From Eledone cirrhosa (Eukaryota): a stretch of 64,000 bases of DNA. Shown in pieces: positions 12,790-28,482 of the stretch (position 1 is its first letter; the number at the start of each line of letters is the position of its first letter). Location: NCBI GenBank assembly GCA_964016885.1, contig OZ024742.1, forward strand, positions 269,886,001 to 269,950,000, given 5' to 3'. The notes below the pieces were generated by a model, which was not told the origin of the DNA, ran no database searches, and saw nothing but the letters and a program-made list of their open reading frames with translations. Both the position numbers and the translations under genes were made by a program.

Positions 12790-13398
12790 AATAATAACGT
12801 TCGATTCATTTGCCAACAAACTGCCCGATTAGAAACTGTGCCGTGCCGGTGACCGATCCTCACCTGTTTTTTTAACACTGGCTTGGCTTTGAAGAACAAT
12901 CACCATGTTTGCGGGTCACTACCCGCGGCGGGCCAGTATAAGTCTGCCAGTCTATTGAGCGCTTGAAAATATATAGTATTTTCTTAAGTACTCATCGGCT
13001 GTGAAACCTCATTTACATTGTGCGCGAGTTACGGCCGGCATTATTGAATATTAGAACTAACATTAGAATGTTATTTCTTGCCTAGCACAGCTGATACATA
13101 AATGTAAGTATGCACACGTACACACACATGTATATATACACACATATATGTATACATACACAGACATTTATACACGTGCATATCTAAGTAATAGTTATAT
13201 CGAAGATTAATGATAATGCTCGATTCGTTTGTAAACAAACGGCCCAATTTGAAGCTATGCCGTGTCGGTGACCGATTGTCACCCGTTTGTTGAACATTGG
13301 CTCTGTGGAACAATTAAATTGTTTCTGGGTTATTACCATTCATCGGGAGTCTATACCTCTGCCAGTCTGTTGAACGTTTGATAATATATAGTATAAGT
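12790..13398. repeat. Two diverged direct copies of an about 190-bp sequence (12790-12980 and 13210-13398)
   Basis: Shared cgattc.tttg..aacaaac.gccc, tgccgtg.cggtgaccgat, tctgccagtct.ttga.cg.ttga.aatatatagtat. Confidence 0.7.
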
Positions 13399-13460
13399 AC
13401 GCCCATACACATACACACACACACACACATACACACACACACATACACACACACACACAC

Positions 13461-13491
<31 letters not shown>

Positions 13492-13521
13492 GACCTATAT
13501 ATATATGTATATATATATATG

Positions 13522-13628
<107 letters not shown>

Positions 13629-13723
13629 GTAAAACACTGGAAGGTAATATCCGTTGTGGTAGAGCACTCGGTCCATGGGACGAGTTAGGTAGAAGTGGTT
13701 ACACAACAGTTAGTTCACCATAC

Positions 13724-13761
13724 CGAGAACAATTGTTTCACTTTAGCGGATCCTCGGCTCG
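13724..13761 (-). ncRNA. Minimal HHR (CCGAGGA core)
   Basis: Reverse complement reads CGAG-CCGAGGA-tccgctaaagt-GAAA-CAATTG-TT-CTCG. Confidence 0.7.
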
Positions 13762-15613
13762 TAATGGACATGGTTACACGGAACAGGAAAGAGAACCGTA
13801 CGAACGCGCATGTGCAGAAACAGTCACTTCACTTAGGCAAGACAAAATTGCGTGCGAGAGGTGTAAGGGAGATAACTGCGACAGTCCGAAGTTGATAAGA
13901 AAATTAGGATGTTGTTGTAATTCAATCCGGAATTTTGTAGTTATTTAAGTGGTGTTTCCAGAGGTGTGGACAACGTGTGAAGAATTTAATCTTGTGTTTA
14001 GGCAATCGCTATTGCGTAATCTCTTTAGAATATTTATTCGTTCACCAATACATAGTCCACACGACGAATTGCACCTCGCGTATGGCTTGGACTTAGTGAT
14101 GGCTTTTCATTGAATGGAGTAGTCTATACTTGAGTCATTGAGGGATCATACATGGCACGCGAGTTTCTTGGATGAACGTTAGTTCGGGTACCTAAAGGTC
14201 GACTGGTGGTTCAGGAAGCATTCCTTAAATCGGCCCTCCGCCATACCCACATAGGATTTGATCTCCTCTGGTTGATTTGGTCGGTTAGAAGTGACCAGAG
14301 CTTCATAAACTACAGTGGGTGTGTTGCATTGCTGTTGGAGGGGACAGACTTCGGATACGACAGGAACACACTGGTGGGGTGTTGCTCTAAGGGCTGTTGG
14401 TGATGTGGGCCTTAATGTTCTTAGCGCAGGAGTATCCGAGTTTTGATTTCTGTAGGTTAAATATGGAGCGGTATTTATGACATATGGTAAAGTGTCTATC
14501 TAAGAGGGCTAGACATTTTTTGCCTACATTGGTTTTAACGTTAAGTGAGAAGGGAGGAGAGAACCAGATAATTCGTCTAGTGTTACGCTTTGTTTTCTCA
14601 ATTTCTGTTGTTGTTAGTGGGAGAGTAAGTGATAGGTTGCGAGAAGCCGCTGTTAGCTAACGCCGTGTTATAGTAGGGTGCCGCTCTGTCAAAGTTAGCC
14701 TTATTAGAGGAGAGGGTTAAGATTCTAGTACTGATATTATTTACGAAGTTTCTAAAAAGAGTGGGAGGGTGGCATGAGTCGTTGTGAATGTAATTGAGCT
14801 TTTCGTTATGATTATGGAAGGGTCTCTAGGTGAGTGTGTGAAGGTCTAAAATAATGTCTAAGAAATATTCGCTATAGAGGTTGATAGCTACTGATATCCT
14901 AAGTCCTAACTCATTGAAAGTTGAAGCTAAGAACATAAGGCTCACATCACCAACAGCCATAAGAGCAACACCCCAACAGGGTGCTCTTGCCGTAAGCCCG
15001 AAGCTTGTCCCCTTCGACAGCAATGCAACACACCCGCTGTAGTTTATGAAGCTGTAGTCAGCTCCAACCGACCAAATCAAATAGAGGAGGTCAAATCCTA
15101 TGTGAGTATGGCGGAGGGCCGATTTAAGGAACGCTTCCTGAACCACCAGTCGATCTTTAGATACGCGGCCAGACGTTCATCCGCGAAACTCGCGAGCCTC
15201 GTATTGTCCTTCAAGGACTCAAGTATAGACTACTATGGAAAGTAGGTGAAAAGTAAATGGAAAGCCATCACTAACACCTAGCCATGCGCAAGTAGCAATC
15301 CGTCGTGTGGTTTATGTATTGATGAACGAATAAATATTCTAAAGAGATTACAAAATAGCGATTGCCTAAACTCAAAGGTGATATTCTTCACACGTTGTCC
15401 ACACGTCTGGAAACCCCTCTTACATTACTCATAGATCCGGATTGAATTACAACAAGATCCTAATTTTCTTATCAACTAGAAACTTTCGGACTTTCGCAGT
15501 TATCTCCTTTACACCTCTCGCATGCAATTTAGCATTGCCTGAGTAAAGTAACCGTTTCTGCGCATGCGCGTTCGTACGGTTCTCCTTCCTGTTCCGTATA
15601 ACCATGTCCATTA

Positions 15614-15651
15614 CGAGCTGAGGATCAGCTAAGGTGAAACAATTGTTCTTG
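15614..15651 (+). ncRNA. Minimal HHR
   Basis: CGAG-CTGAGGA-tcagctaaggt-GAAA-CAATTG-TT-CTTG. Confidence 0.8.
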
Positions 15652-15677
15652 GTATGGTGAAGTAAATGTTGTGTAAC

Positions 15678-15727
<50 letters not shown>

Positions 15728-15760
15728 TGTGTGTATGTATGTATATATATATATATATAT

Positions 15761-16080
15761 ATCAACTAGAAATTGATTGACATATAAATATATCTAAAAT
15801 AAACATATGAAACAATCACAGGGGATTATTTGTAAAAGTGTGTAAGCACACATAGCTATGTAGGTAACTAGAACTTCAAAATTAGTTACCTACATAGCTA
15901 TGTGTGCTTACGCAGTTTTATAAATTATCCCCAGTGTTGTTTCATATGTTTATTTTAGATATATTTATATGTCAATCAATTTCTAGTTGATATAAAATGC
16001 TCGGATCTATTCATTGGAATCTTGGAGCATATTTTACACGTGATATGGCGCATGTCTATCTGACATGACACCCTTAATTT

Positions 16081-16082
<2 letters not shown>
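15761..16082. mobile_element. Fold-back element: arms 15761-15870 / 15881-15992 plus about 90-bp tail, in (TA)n
   Basis: Imperfect palindrome read directly; no HHR core found. Confidence 0.75.
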
Positions 16083-16158
<76 letters not shown>

Positions 16159-17064
16159 TGTGTGTCTGTGTGTGCGTGCATTCATGTGTGCTTCTTTAGT
16201 TTTGGAAATCAATATTGTGTTATTACTTTTGAGTTATCTTTAAAAAAAAAATTCAGAAGAGTATATTTGGGAAATTATATGTTGCGTTTGCACAATCATT
16301 GTATAATTCTAATTTAAGATTGGCTTTGTTTGATGAAAATGTGAAATTAATAATTTAAAATAAATAAAATGGAAAATATGTTCACTTTAAAACGTCGAAA
16401 AATGCTTTGCGGTATAGTTTAGGTCTTCATATAATCATAATTTAATTTCCTCTCAGGTCAAATTTCATCCTCCTGGGCTGGAGAAAATAAAATTTCTTGG
16501 TAGCAAGATCGATATAATTGACTGATCCCTCAGGTTTATTTTAATACCACTCAAGAAATATCAAATGTTATATCCCCTTAATACTGACAGCTAGAAATTA
16601 TTCCTGCACAATTTAATGTTCACAAGGAACAAGACATCTTTCAATATAAGCCTCTTCACTGGTTGAGGTATACTTTCAATTCATTCATTATGATATATCG
16701 TTCCACTTGTATATACCAATTGATTGCAAACACAGACGTCTGAGTACTTATTGTTTATTTCAAGGATATATATATATATGGGGGTGGGGGCGGTGTAAGC
16801 ATGTGTAAACGTGTGCATGTGTGCTTACGTAGGTACAAATGCATAATTGTATCTCCGTTAAAATAACAAAAGAGAATTGTCGATATATTGTATCATATAC
16901 AGAAGCATGTATACTTAAATATATTTATGAAAATTCATTCACGCAAGAACAATCAATAATAATGCACTAACGTTTGCACTTAAGCGCACAAAAAAATATT
17001 ATTATTTAGATATAAGACCAGCTATTATTCAGAGATCCTTTTAAATTAATGTATAAAACACACA

Positions 17065-18182
<1,118 letters not shown>

Positions 18183-19192
18183 AATCAGTAAGAGATAGAG
18201 TTTTATGAATAGATACGCATGTGAGCAGTCACCCATCAACTGAGTGTGCACTGAATACATGTATGCGTGCATGTATAAATGTATAGCGAGGGAGTATTCA
18301 ATAATATATTAGTATTTATTATGATATTTACATCTCGGTCCGAAATATGTTGAAATCATATATGTTCATTCCAGTGGAAAATACGGCATGTAAGAGAATA
18401 TATTGAGTAAACATACAAATATTCATACCCCACCCGCACACATGTAATGAATGATTGTTACGCCATAGAACTATATCAAAGACAAAGGACGCTAAATGAA
18501 ATATAACAAAAAGTAATATTTTACACAATAAATTTCACTCATCTTATTTCAAGGCTCCAACCCTCTTTTCAAACGTGAAATACACACAGTCCAAAACTAT
18601 AACGAACGATCGATGTGTTCTTCCTTAAGAAGTGTATATGAATGAAATCGATATGGTAGCCAGTCTGCTTCGTCCCTTTAGAATCTATTATTTACCTGTT
18701 CTTTTTTATTTTTTATTCGTCTTGATGATAATTACCTCTGATTCTTGAATTATATCGGGTAAAACACCATTTGTCATCATTTACCCTCTACTTATTTCCA
18801 CATCATTGTATCACCTTTTAAAAAGTTATCATTAATTTATATCACACACTCACACAAACACAAGCATAAACACACACACACACACATGCACACACGTACA
18901 CCACACACAAACACACACACATATATAAATACACTTACCTATGTAAATGTGTGCTTGAGATAGATACATACATTCATACAGAAATAAGGAGAGGAATGAA
19001 TATTTAGATGGCTTGATAGTTGCATATTTATATTAATATTTAGAGGCAAAGATATAGGGAGATAAATTCTTGGACACAAGATAAGGTTTCCACTATCCAG
19101 TGTGTGTAGGAGGAATCATACTTGGATATAGATATATCATCTCCCCGCCATTTACTTGTATATTTTTGTATATTATATGTCCATGTATATGT

Positions 19193-19865
19193 GACAAATC
19201 CGGATGTCGGTGAGCATGTCCAGCTAACCTCAGTCTCCTCTGTGTCACTTTTGAGCTGACTTTTCGGAGGCTCCCATACAGCTCTGAGTTTGTCATCCTC
19301 AGTATATACTGATTAATGTTCAGACCATCCTCAGCATTCTCCTGTAGCACCCATCCAACATCTGAGTGAGTTTCTTGGTCAGTGTCCAAGTCTCAGACCC
19401 GTACAGCAGCACAGACTCCACTACAGCAAGGAAGAGGCGGATTTTCAGGTCTTTACGAAGGTCCGACTTCCACACCGATCTCAAGCTGTGGAACGCCGCC
19501 CAGGCTTTGCCCTTCCTCTCAATCACATCATCTTCCGTATTCCCAATCTTTTCTCCCAAATACAGGAAGTCCTCAACGAATTCTAGCGGCTACCCGTCTA
19601 CATTAGTGATCCCCTCTGGCTTCTCAACATTCGGTACCATATATTTTTTTTTAGTCTCATTTATTCTCAGCCCCACACCCATCGACAGTCTCAACCTCCT
19701 GCATCAACACGGACACACTGGAAGAGGAAGACCATGGTTAACGTATGTTGATGTCTTAAGGACAGACACTGGTCTGTCGGAGACGCAGGACATGGCAGCG
19801 ATAATGAGGGACAGAGACCGCTGGAGAGAACTCGTCCATGGATCTCAAGAATGTTACCCGCCCTA
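19193..19865. mobile_element. RTE-like LINE 3' fragment with 5' inversion (19193-19685 minus, 19686-19865 plus)
   Basis: Minus: VESVLLYGSETWTL...CYRRMLR, QRRLRLAGHAHRHP; plus: [15 protein letters not shown]...DRDRWRELV. Confidence 0.85.
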
Positions 19866-19878
19866 GATATATATATGA

Positions 19879-19993
<115 letters not shown>

Positions 19994-20034
19994 CAGATAG
20001 ATATAGATACATATATACTGGCATTTCTTCGATT

Positions 20035-20330
20035 TCGACGATTAGTTTTCCAATTAATACGATCAACAGAATAGCCTGCACATGAAACTAATGTGCAAGT
20101 GGCTGAGTGTACCCTTAACGTAATTATAAGGGAGATTCGGTGTGACACAGGATGTGAATAAACTGTCCCCTTCAATCAGAGGTACAACTTATGTTTCCTA
20201 GGTGAGTGGCAACATGTAATAAAGTGCCCTGTGGCAACATGTAATAAAGTGTCTTATTCAAGGTTATATTGCACCGCCGTGCATTGAAGTAATACTTTAC
20301 GATTATGGTCCGAAAACCCTCTGTGCCTAC
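20035..20330 (-). mobile_element. Degraded SINE, family B, with internal 25-bp tandem duplication (gtggcaacatgtaataaagtg)
   Basis: Contains aagtgtcttattcaagg, resembling the reverse complement of the CORE-type ccttgagcaagacactt; duplication at about 20206-20252. Confidence 0.5.
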
Positions 20331-20717
20331 TATAGCATTTTAGAAAGATTCACTTGTTAATGCTTAGTTTGGGTCTTGTTACTCAGCATTTTCTCAAGTG
20401 TATCCTCAAAATATAAGTGTACACGAAAATCCTTAGAGCAACAATATACACACTTAAACACACAGACATACACAACTACACACACACATACACACATACA
20501 CATACACGCGCACACGCAAACAAACACACTAACACACACACAAACAAATACTCACACACACAAACAAACACACACAAACACACATATATATAAATATATA
20601 TAAATATACGTCATTCCATAACTGAATGAAAGCTATACTCTCTTAATCTCTTACACAGATACATACATACATGCATACATATATAGATACAATATAGATA
20701 CATATATGCATACATAC

Positions 20718-20793
<76 letters not shown>

Positions 20794-20808
20794 ATATATA
20801 TATATATT

Positions 20809-20859
<51 letters not shown>

Positions 20860-20874
20860 ATATATATATATATT

Positions 20875-20964
<90 letters not shown>

Positions 20965-21293
20965 TGTGTAAGCCTGTATGCGTGTATATCTGTCTTTATG
21001 TATATATGAATATATGCATAGGTATCGATTCTGAGTGCGACTGCTTTTCTTGACGAGCCACTAGTCCTTCTCGTTCTGTATGACAATACATAGCATTGTC
21101 TCCCGAAGACAAAAGCAAGTGTGCTATTGTTGATGATCATTAGAGCAAACCATTCGCCTCTCTTCGATCAATAGACATCAAATTAACACTGCTTCAGAGG
21201 AAATTGATATTCGTGATGAAAACAGTATTTAGAACTATAATAGTATCAAATATACTGTCCATTTCTGTGTAGACAGATGAGTTTATATTTTAA

Positions 21294-21360
<67 letters not shown>

Positions 21361-21379
21361 ATGTATGTATATATATATA

Positions 21380-21480
21380 AATGTGAAGACTAAAATCCAA
21401 GGAGAGCTCGATAAGGATAAATATATATCAAATATATAAGAACCCTATAGCAAATATTTATTAAAATAACAGATTAAAGT
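21380..21480 (-). mobile_element. Extreme 3' tail fragment of the 5.4-7.1 kb PLE family (another at 4755-4810)
   Basis: gaagactaaaatccaa.gag.gctcgataaggataaatatatat...ttaaaataacagattaaag matches 5450-5547. Confidence 0.8.
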
Positions 21481-23929
21481 GTATGTGTATGCATTACCTT
21501 GAAATGTATTGGAAAAAAAGGAAGCCAGAGGATACAAGCAATTAGCAAAATCCCCTCTAGCTTCAGAATAAACTAACGTATCTCCAATAAGACCAGGTAC
21601 TCGGAATATTTAGATGATAGAGCCAATTGAATTTTCGGTAGATCTGACCCTGCGAAATATTTTACATAATGTTTAATCTAATTATGCGTCCTTGTATTGG
21701 CGTTACTAAGTTTCAGCTGTTATATGACGTAGTTTCCATAAATTAAAGAGAAAATCAATTATTATCTAAAGCGACTACGTCATCATTATTATAAAAAGCC
21801 CTGCTCCATCTTCTCTTGCAGCCTCTCGACTTTAAACATACAAATTATCCATCTAGATGACGTGATGCCACGCATCGGTAAGTCTTCTTCGTACAACATA
21901 ACATTAAATACATACGCGAGCTATTAAACCGATAAGCAGAATGAGCCCAAGATGAAAATCCCTGAATTGCACGACTTATTAACTAATACAAATTTATTGT
22001 AGCATCCCGTGCAAATTAGAAAATGTAAGAAATGTTTAAGTTTGATATTGATATAAAGTTTCAATTAAAAGTCTTCGTTTTGTAAAAAAATGGCGTGTAA
22101 GCTTTTTTATCTATGGCAGCCCATAGAAAAACAAACGATTCCCTTCATACATTTCCTGATTTGGTTTTTGGTATTGCATCAGAAGATCCCCATATATAAG
22201 TCAAACCTGATGTAAAACATAATTACATCTAGAAATAATGTACGTAGCCGAGAGATATGACTTTGAAGCATTGATAATATAGAATTAATTCAATTGCTGA
22301 TGTAATTATGCGCAGAGATCCCATAAAATAGCTTATAAAATATGGAGGAAAGCCGTTATAGAATTTGCCATCATCCGCTATGAGGAAATATATCTAATAT
22401 TTCTTAGATACCTGCTAAGTGACTGTGAAAACTCTCAACCGTCTTTTTAACTATATAACTGAACTACAGTTCGTGTTTCCATCATTGAGTGGTTTTCATT
22501 TTAGTTTATAAAATATGTTTATAGCTTCAAAATCCGTTCTCACGATTAAGCACATTATTTTTTTTTACATGTGGATGTCTCTCTGCCAGGGTATTTTTCT
22601 GTCCGCTGACATCTGAAAAGCTGTTGTTCAGCTATGTTGTTAAGACAAAGGTTGTTGTAAAATGCCAAGGCGATATCTGTAGACTATGAGATTCAATAGC
22701 TTGTTCCGATTGATCATTTTTTTAGTGACTTCATCGTATTTTGTAAGCTATGTTATAGTATCTCTGCGCATGAGCACCCCATCTTTTACATTAATAATTG
22801 CGTTTATATGTACATATTATGTATATATTTTCGCTAACACGTTCATATTCACATTGAATTTAGTATTTTAAGATCGGCTGCTCTTGTGGTCCTCATATGA
22901 AATCATGATTAACATCTAAATAAGAATCACAGGAAAATACAGGATCATGCTGGCAGATCGATCAATGCCTCTTACACCAATCTTGTAATATAAATTCAAT
23001 CCTGTACGTGGCCAGACAATACTTGAAACGAATGGGTTATTTTAAGAAAAAATTAAGAAACATACTTCAAGTATGATTACAGAACCTCCATGTATGTAGC
23101 CATCCAAACATGCTCCATAAAAGACAGGTAAAATATCATATAAAATGTATATTCATTGAGAACCATTAATTCGACAGAAGCGCATCTATCGGAAGTTCAC
23201 TTTGCACCAGTGAACATGCACTAATCAAGGAAATATTGAAATACTTCATGAATTATCCTTATTTCTCACAGTAATTGTTTGTATGCGAGAAAAATTCATT
23301 TCACGGTGAATCACTTTTGTCACACTTATTCAACGTCATTTAGGATATTGTAAGATATGCACTTTAACTAATCAGGGAAAAATAAACTGTTAAGCAACAG
23401 CTTTATGGTTTCGTTCTTTTCCTTCTCATGAAGAGACATACATATATACATATATGGTATAATGCAAAATATCAGAGAGCCATCGTACAAACACACTGGG
23501 TTTACTTACACAAAAGTTTACTTAAACATATTTTGTGTACTATCGATATCTAACTAATATATGCATGCACCTATATATGCATGCATGCAAACATACACGC
23601 GCGCACACACACACTAATACTACAAAATTATTATTACTGAACAACTTATATATACTTTTTTTTATTAAAATATTTTACCGATTAGTAAAGTACTACCGAG
23701 TGCCATTAAAAGCGTCTCTGAAACCTGTCAGATCATTCACACATCAATGATCTTGCCAGAATACTTGCATCACATATAATTCCAGTGAAGCACTCGACTA
23801 CCAGGTGGTTGTATTAAAACGGTTGAAGAATTATATCTACTACTAAAATAGGCCACTGTTTGTTTTGAACTGAGAACCTAATGAAACGGAATAGATACTG
23901 CAAAACATCTCACCTGACTTTTGTCCAAT

Positions 23930-24322
23930 TCCACCAATCTACTGCACCAGGCGGATAATTTATGTAAACAGTCTGCAAGAATTTGGCACAAATTCCAGAT
24001 AACTAGATACGAAGAGAGGTAGACGTGAAGACAGACTTCGCTAACTTCAATACGGTATTCGTGCAAACCCTTACCTATGGTCATGAAACATAGGTAATGA
24101 CCGAAAGAATACGATTGCGATTACAAGCCATCGAAATGGGTTTCCCCCGAGCAGCATTACTCGATAGAGTACGTAGGTCGGAGCTCAGAGAGTCACTCCA
24201 GGTACTGCCGCTACTTCAAATTGAGAGATCACAGTTCCGATACTATGGGCATGCCATTAGAATGTCTCAGGAAAGAATCGCAGGACAGATTTTACAGGAA
24301 AAAACCATGGGTAGACCATGAG
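23930..24322 (+). mobile_element. RTE-clade LINE 3' fragment followed by (GAA)n(GAT)n
   Basis: TLTYGHE, ERIRLRLQAIEMGF, DRVRRSELRESLQV, IERSQFRYYGH, GRP. Confidence 0.8.
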
Positions 24323-24349
24323 CAAGAAGAAGAAGAAGAAGAAGAAGAA

Positions 24350-24390
<41 letters not shown>

Positions 24391-24413
24391 CGATGACGAC
24401 GACGATGATGATG

Positions 24414-24445
<32 letters not shown>

Positions 24446-25914
24446 GATGATGATTCTGTCATTTCGGGCGGGTTCCATTGTCTGAGAGAGTAGAAGTTAA
24501 CCATTTAACTTCATATAAATTAAATATATTCTGTATAGACAACATGAAGCTGATATCGGTGCACTGCATAAATAGCGGAAGTCCATTTGGCTGCAAATTA
24601 TCTATCGCTACTATCCTCTTAATAAACAATAACTAACAATCTTAATTATTTCTGAAGTAAATAAATAAATACTATTGTAGATGAATGGAAACATGAAAGA
24701 CGAAAATCATTGGCAATTCTCACAAATAGAATTGGACATGTTTCGACTGAGATTTGTTACCACATTTAGTTAAGTCACAAATATTTTTTTTTTCTTTGAC
24801 TGAATTATGTGCAGCATTCTATTTTAAAGTATACTGCATTAGATAAGTAATCTCATCTACTTCTGGAAATATCTTTCTTAGCGAATCTACTTTAGAGATA
24901 ACTGAATCAACAGACAGTCCTGCTATACACGAGAGGACGTTAAAACTGGCTGGAATTAACCGTCGTATTCAATACAATGCACTTACAGTGTATTCTTATT
25001 CTGCTACCGCAGTGCGAAATACTTTTTGTTAGATCTCGAGTTGAAATTCTTATCCTTAAGATCTACAAATCTGTCCTATTTACTATCTATTCTGGTGTGT
25101 TATTTTTACATTAATGAAAAAAAAATACTTTTTTCTTCATTTTGTACAATCGTACTATTTTCGCATGTGATTTATTTTTGAAATGACATTATAAAATATA
25201 TAATAATTCACAAGTGTTTATATAAATTATTGTGTTATGTTAATCCAAACCACACGGGTGTAGTAGTTATAGCAGTTGAAAGAAAAGAATAGTTAGAAGC
25301 AGAGTATTTGAGAGTGTGTATATGTGTGTGTGCAGGGGGTAGATTCAGAGAGGAAGAAATGTTTTGGTGTATATTAGATCTTATGAAACAATCTCGTCAT
25401 AAATGGTGACCCCATAATGATAATAACATTTTATTAAATGGTTAATCTTTCGGATTCTATGATACTTTCATTATAATTTTATTGTGTCACCTCCAAATAA
25501 ATAAAGGCCATTTTAATTGATAAATGTTTGGTTATATATCATACCAAATTTCTTCTTTAATCCTGGTATGGCAAAGTGCTACTGTTCCCAGTCTAATTTA
25601 AGCCTATTCGCCTACTGTTAAAAAAGTCAGAATGGCAAAACTACTTAATTAAACATTTGTGACTGTATTGCCTGGAGCGGTGGTAAACTGGCAGAGTCTT
25701 AAAACATAGGATAGCATGGAACACGAGTCACTCGCGTGTAAATCTCAAATGAATCCGTCCCTTCGGTTTCTTCTTTAAAAAAGGAATCAGTCTATCTTCC
25801 TGACTCATTCGCGACGTATTTTCCTTTACAATTAATCGTTTTTGTTCAGAAATAGAGGGGGATTTCCCGCCAGTTGAAATATCCACGACAAGTCATATAA
25901 TGGTTTCTTATATA

Positions 25915-26117
25915 GGCACAAGGCCAGACATTTTGGAGGATGGGAAAGTCGATTAAATCGACCCCAGTGCGTGACTGGTACTTTATTTAACGAACCCGTA
26001 AGGATGAAAGGCAAAGTTAACCTCGGCGGGATTTGAACTCAGATCATAAAGGGCCGTAACTCTTTGCTGCAAAGCAAGCCGTCCGACCCTCTACCGATAC
26101 TGCCAATCCACTGCCCT
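25915..26117 (-). mobile_element. tRNA-derived SINE, family A
   Basis: Reverse complement has A-box-like tggcagtatcgg, B box gagttcaaatccc and central gactttgcctttcatccttacggg. Confidence 0.85.
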
Positions 26118-26349
26118 AAGACATGTCATATAATACTACACCAATGTTACGAGTCGAAATGATTGGTTTATGTATGCCACTCATATCTGTTATGTAAAAT
26201 ATATTATTGGGGTAAAGTTTAATAGTCACAATACAATGTGGGCTATCAAATTAGATGTAGATCCGCTTAAGAATGAGGGATCTCCTTTGAAGCCGGTGGT
26301 TAGGTTACATATGATTGCATTTATGTATCCAATTATAAAAATATCACAA

Positions 26350-27480
26350 TGCCGTCCTCAGTTTCAGAAATAATAATAAAAAGGGGGTGGGGGAAACAAA
26401 AGGAGAGAAAGAATAGCGAAATATAGAAGAAAGAATATAGAAAAAAAGTGGAGAGAGAGAAAGAAGAAAGAAATCGGGAAGGGGAGGGGATGGCAAGAGC
26501 TCTGGTGTCGGAGAAGAGGGGGGCGGCGAGAAGGGGAGTGATTGGGTTTTGTGTCTAAGGCAAGAGGGCAGAAGGGCTGCGTCCAGTTGACTAGACGGCA
26601 AATGCACTGCCCCAGGCAATGGCCAGTGACACCCGCTACAACAGCCACGCAACCTCGCGGAGTTCCCTCTCCAGAGGTGCCACCGACGCTCCGAATTTGG
26701 GGAGGAGCTCGGCATTACTGGGTCCAATTACACCTGGGGTCTCGACGGTGACCGGTGCGGTTTCCGGAAGAGGAAGCCGCCGGAAAAACCCCGGTATTTG
26801 TTTATGTTACGTTCTTCTGCGAGGCGTGCCGCGGTGCCGGGGTTTGTGGCCGAAGCGACTAAGTTGGAGGCAGAGAACGTGTCGCAGCTGGTGGCGTCCT
26901 AGAAGTGGGATCTTCCTCCTTTGAATGGGAAGAGGGTGATTCCGTCGAGGTGCTTGCCATCTCCGCGGTCTAGGCCTGCTGGCTGCAGTTGAGAATGAAT
27001 GCCAACTTCGTCCAGGCTTCTTCTCAATATGTCGTTGAGAGCGTCGTGTCGGGGGAAGTGACCTGCACTTTGGCGGCAAGAGGGAGGGTGCAAGACGAAC
27101 TTGTCAACAACTGCCCCAGAGCGGCATTTAGGTGGCTCACACACACGAAGGACAAGGCATCGGTCTTCTCCGATGCGAGTACACTCATCATCAAGAAGGG
27201 TTCCGCTTGATGAGGAGGGCACCTAATTATGCCACGCGCCACTGTAGGGCTAACAAGTGGGGCGGAGAAGGCCAAGGTAGCGTTGGGCAAGGAAGTGTTG
27301 ATCCGCCTGACAGAAGACCTGCAATTGATGTCGTCCCAGTTACGTTTGACCGTGGTATACTGGTAATAAAGAGGCCTTTTCCTGTTCAATAGGCCATAGC
27401 CTGTTCCATATCAGAGGCCAGGTCACTGACGAAAACATGACAGGAGGAGGCAGAGGAGAGGTAGACAGGTAAAGCTAGGT
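26350..27480 (-). mobile_element. CRE-like non-LTR retrotransposon 3' fragment (restriction-like endonuclease)
   Basis: SCRQSAGHFPRHDALNDILRRSL...PAGLDRGDGKHLDGITLFPFKGGRS followed by DATSCDT; frameshifts present. Confidence 0.75.
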
Positions 27481-27573
27481 CCGAAGCTGATCTGTGTATG
27501 TGTGTGTATATATATGTATACACACACCCACACACACCCACACACACACACACACACACACACATTGAGACAT

Positions 27574-27619
<46 letters not shown>

Positions 27620-27806
27620 CTGTTTCTACTTTAGGCACAAGGCCAGCAATTAACCAGTGCATTACTGGTACTTTATTTTATCGACCCCGTAAGGATGAAA
27701 GGCAAAGTCAACCTCGGCGGGATTTGAACTCAGATCGTAAAGGGACGTAACTATGCTGGAAAGCATGGCGTCCGACCCTCTACCGATACTGCCAATTCAC
27801 CGCCCT
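27620..27806 (-). mobile_element. tRNA-derived SINE, family A (well conserved)
   Basis: Close to the reverse complement of 58326-58510. Confidence 0.9.
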
Positions 27807-27815
27807 ATATATATA

Positions 27816-28021
27816 TATAACGAAGGAAATGTGGTAAGGAACGAGGTGGAGCATAACGCACCAGATTACACAATACTTAGGGTATTAGAGTGGGTAATAG
27901 GAAAATGTATGACACCGACGGCAGAGTTCAAGCCGTTTCGACGGATATTTCTGGACATAAATTTCAGACTAGAAATAGCCGTCGAAACGGCTTGAGCTCT
28001 GCCCTCGTGGTTATTCTTTTT

Positions 28022-28024
<3 letters not shown>
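27816..28024. mobile_element. Truncated fold-back copy of the 61.2-62.1 kb HHR family
   Basis: 27818-27960 is the reverse complement of about 61940-62080; short inverted arm at 27968-28024; retains GAAA-CGGC..GCCGT-C stem III. Confidence 0.85.
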
Positions 28025-28087
<63 letters not shown>

Positions 28088-28219
28088 GCAAGAAAGTAAG
28101 TGTTGGTAAAATCAAGTACTTCAGTATGCGGATAGGGAGCACTCAACGAAGATATAAGTTCCGGAGTTATAATAGTGACGAAAGATAAGTCAATTGCATG
28201 AACTCATAATCCTTTATTT

Positions 28220-28275
28220 ACTGCTATATATATTTCGATGATAGCCATTGAATGGCTATAACCTCATCAGGCCGT
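28220..28275 (-). ncRNA. Minimal type I HHR, intact core
   Basis: Reverse complement reads ACGGC-CTGATGA-GGT tATAGCCA ttcaa TGGCTAT cATC-GAAA-TATATA-TA-GCAGT. Confidence 0.85.
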
Positions 28276-28385
28276 TAGTCAGTTCTTAGATAGGCCAGCT
28301 CTGTGTGTATAGTGTTGATGGTATCATAGCCTTTGGATACCATCAAAACTATACACACAGAGCTGGTATATCTAAGAACTGACTA

Positions 28386-28441
28386 ACTGCCTGGTGAGGT
28401 AATAGCCATTCAATGGCTATCACCGAAATATATATAGCAGT
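28386..28441 (+). ncRNA. Minimal type I HHR (A6 changed to G)
   Basis: ACTGC-CTGGTGA-GGT aATAGCCA ttcaa TGGCTAT cACC-GAAA-TATATA-TA-GCAGT. Confidence 0.8.
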
Positions 28442-28482
28442 AAATAAAGGATTATGAGTTCATGCAATTGACTTATGTTTCG

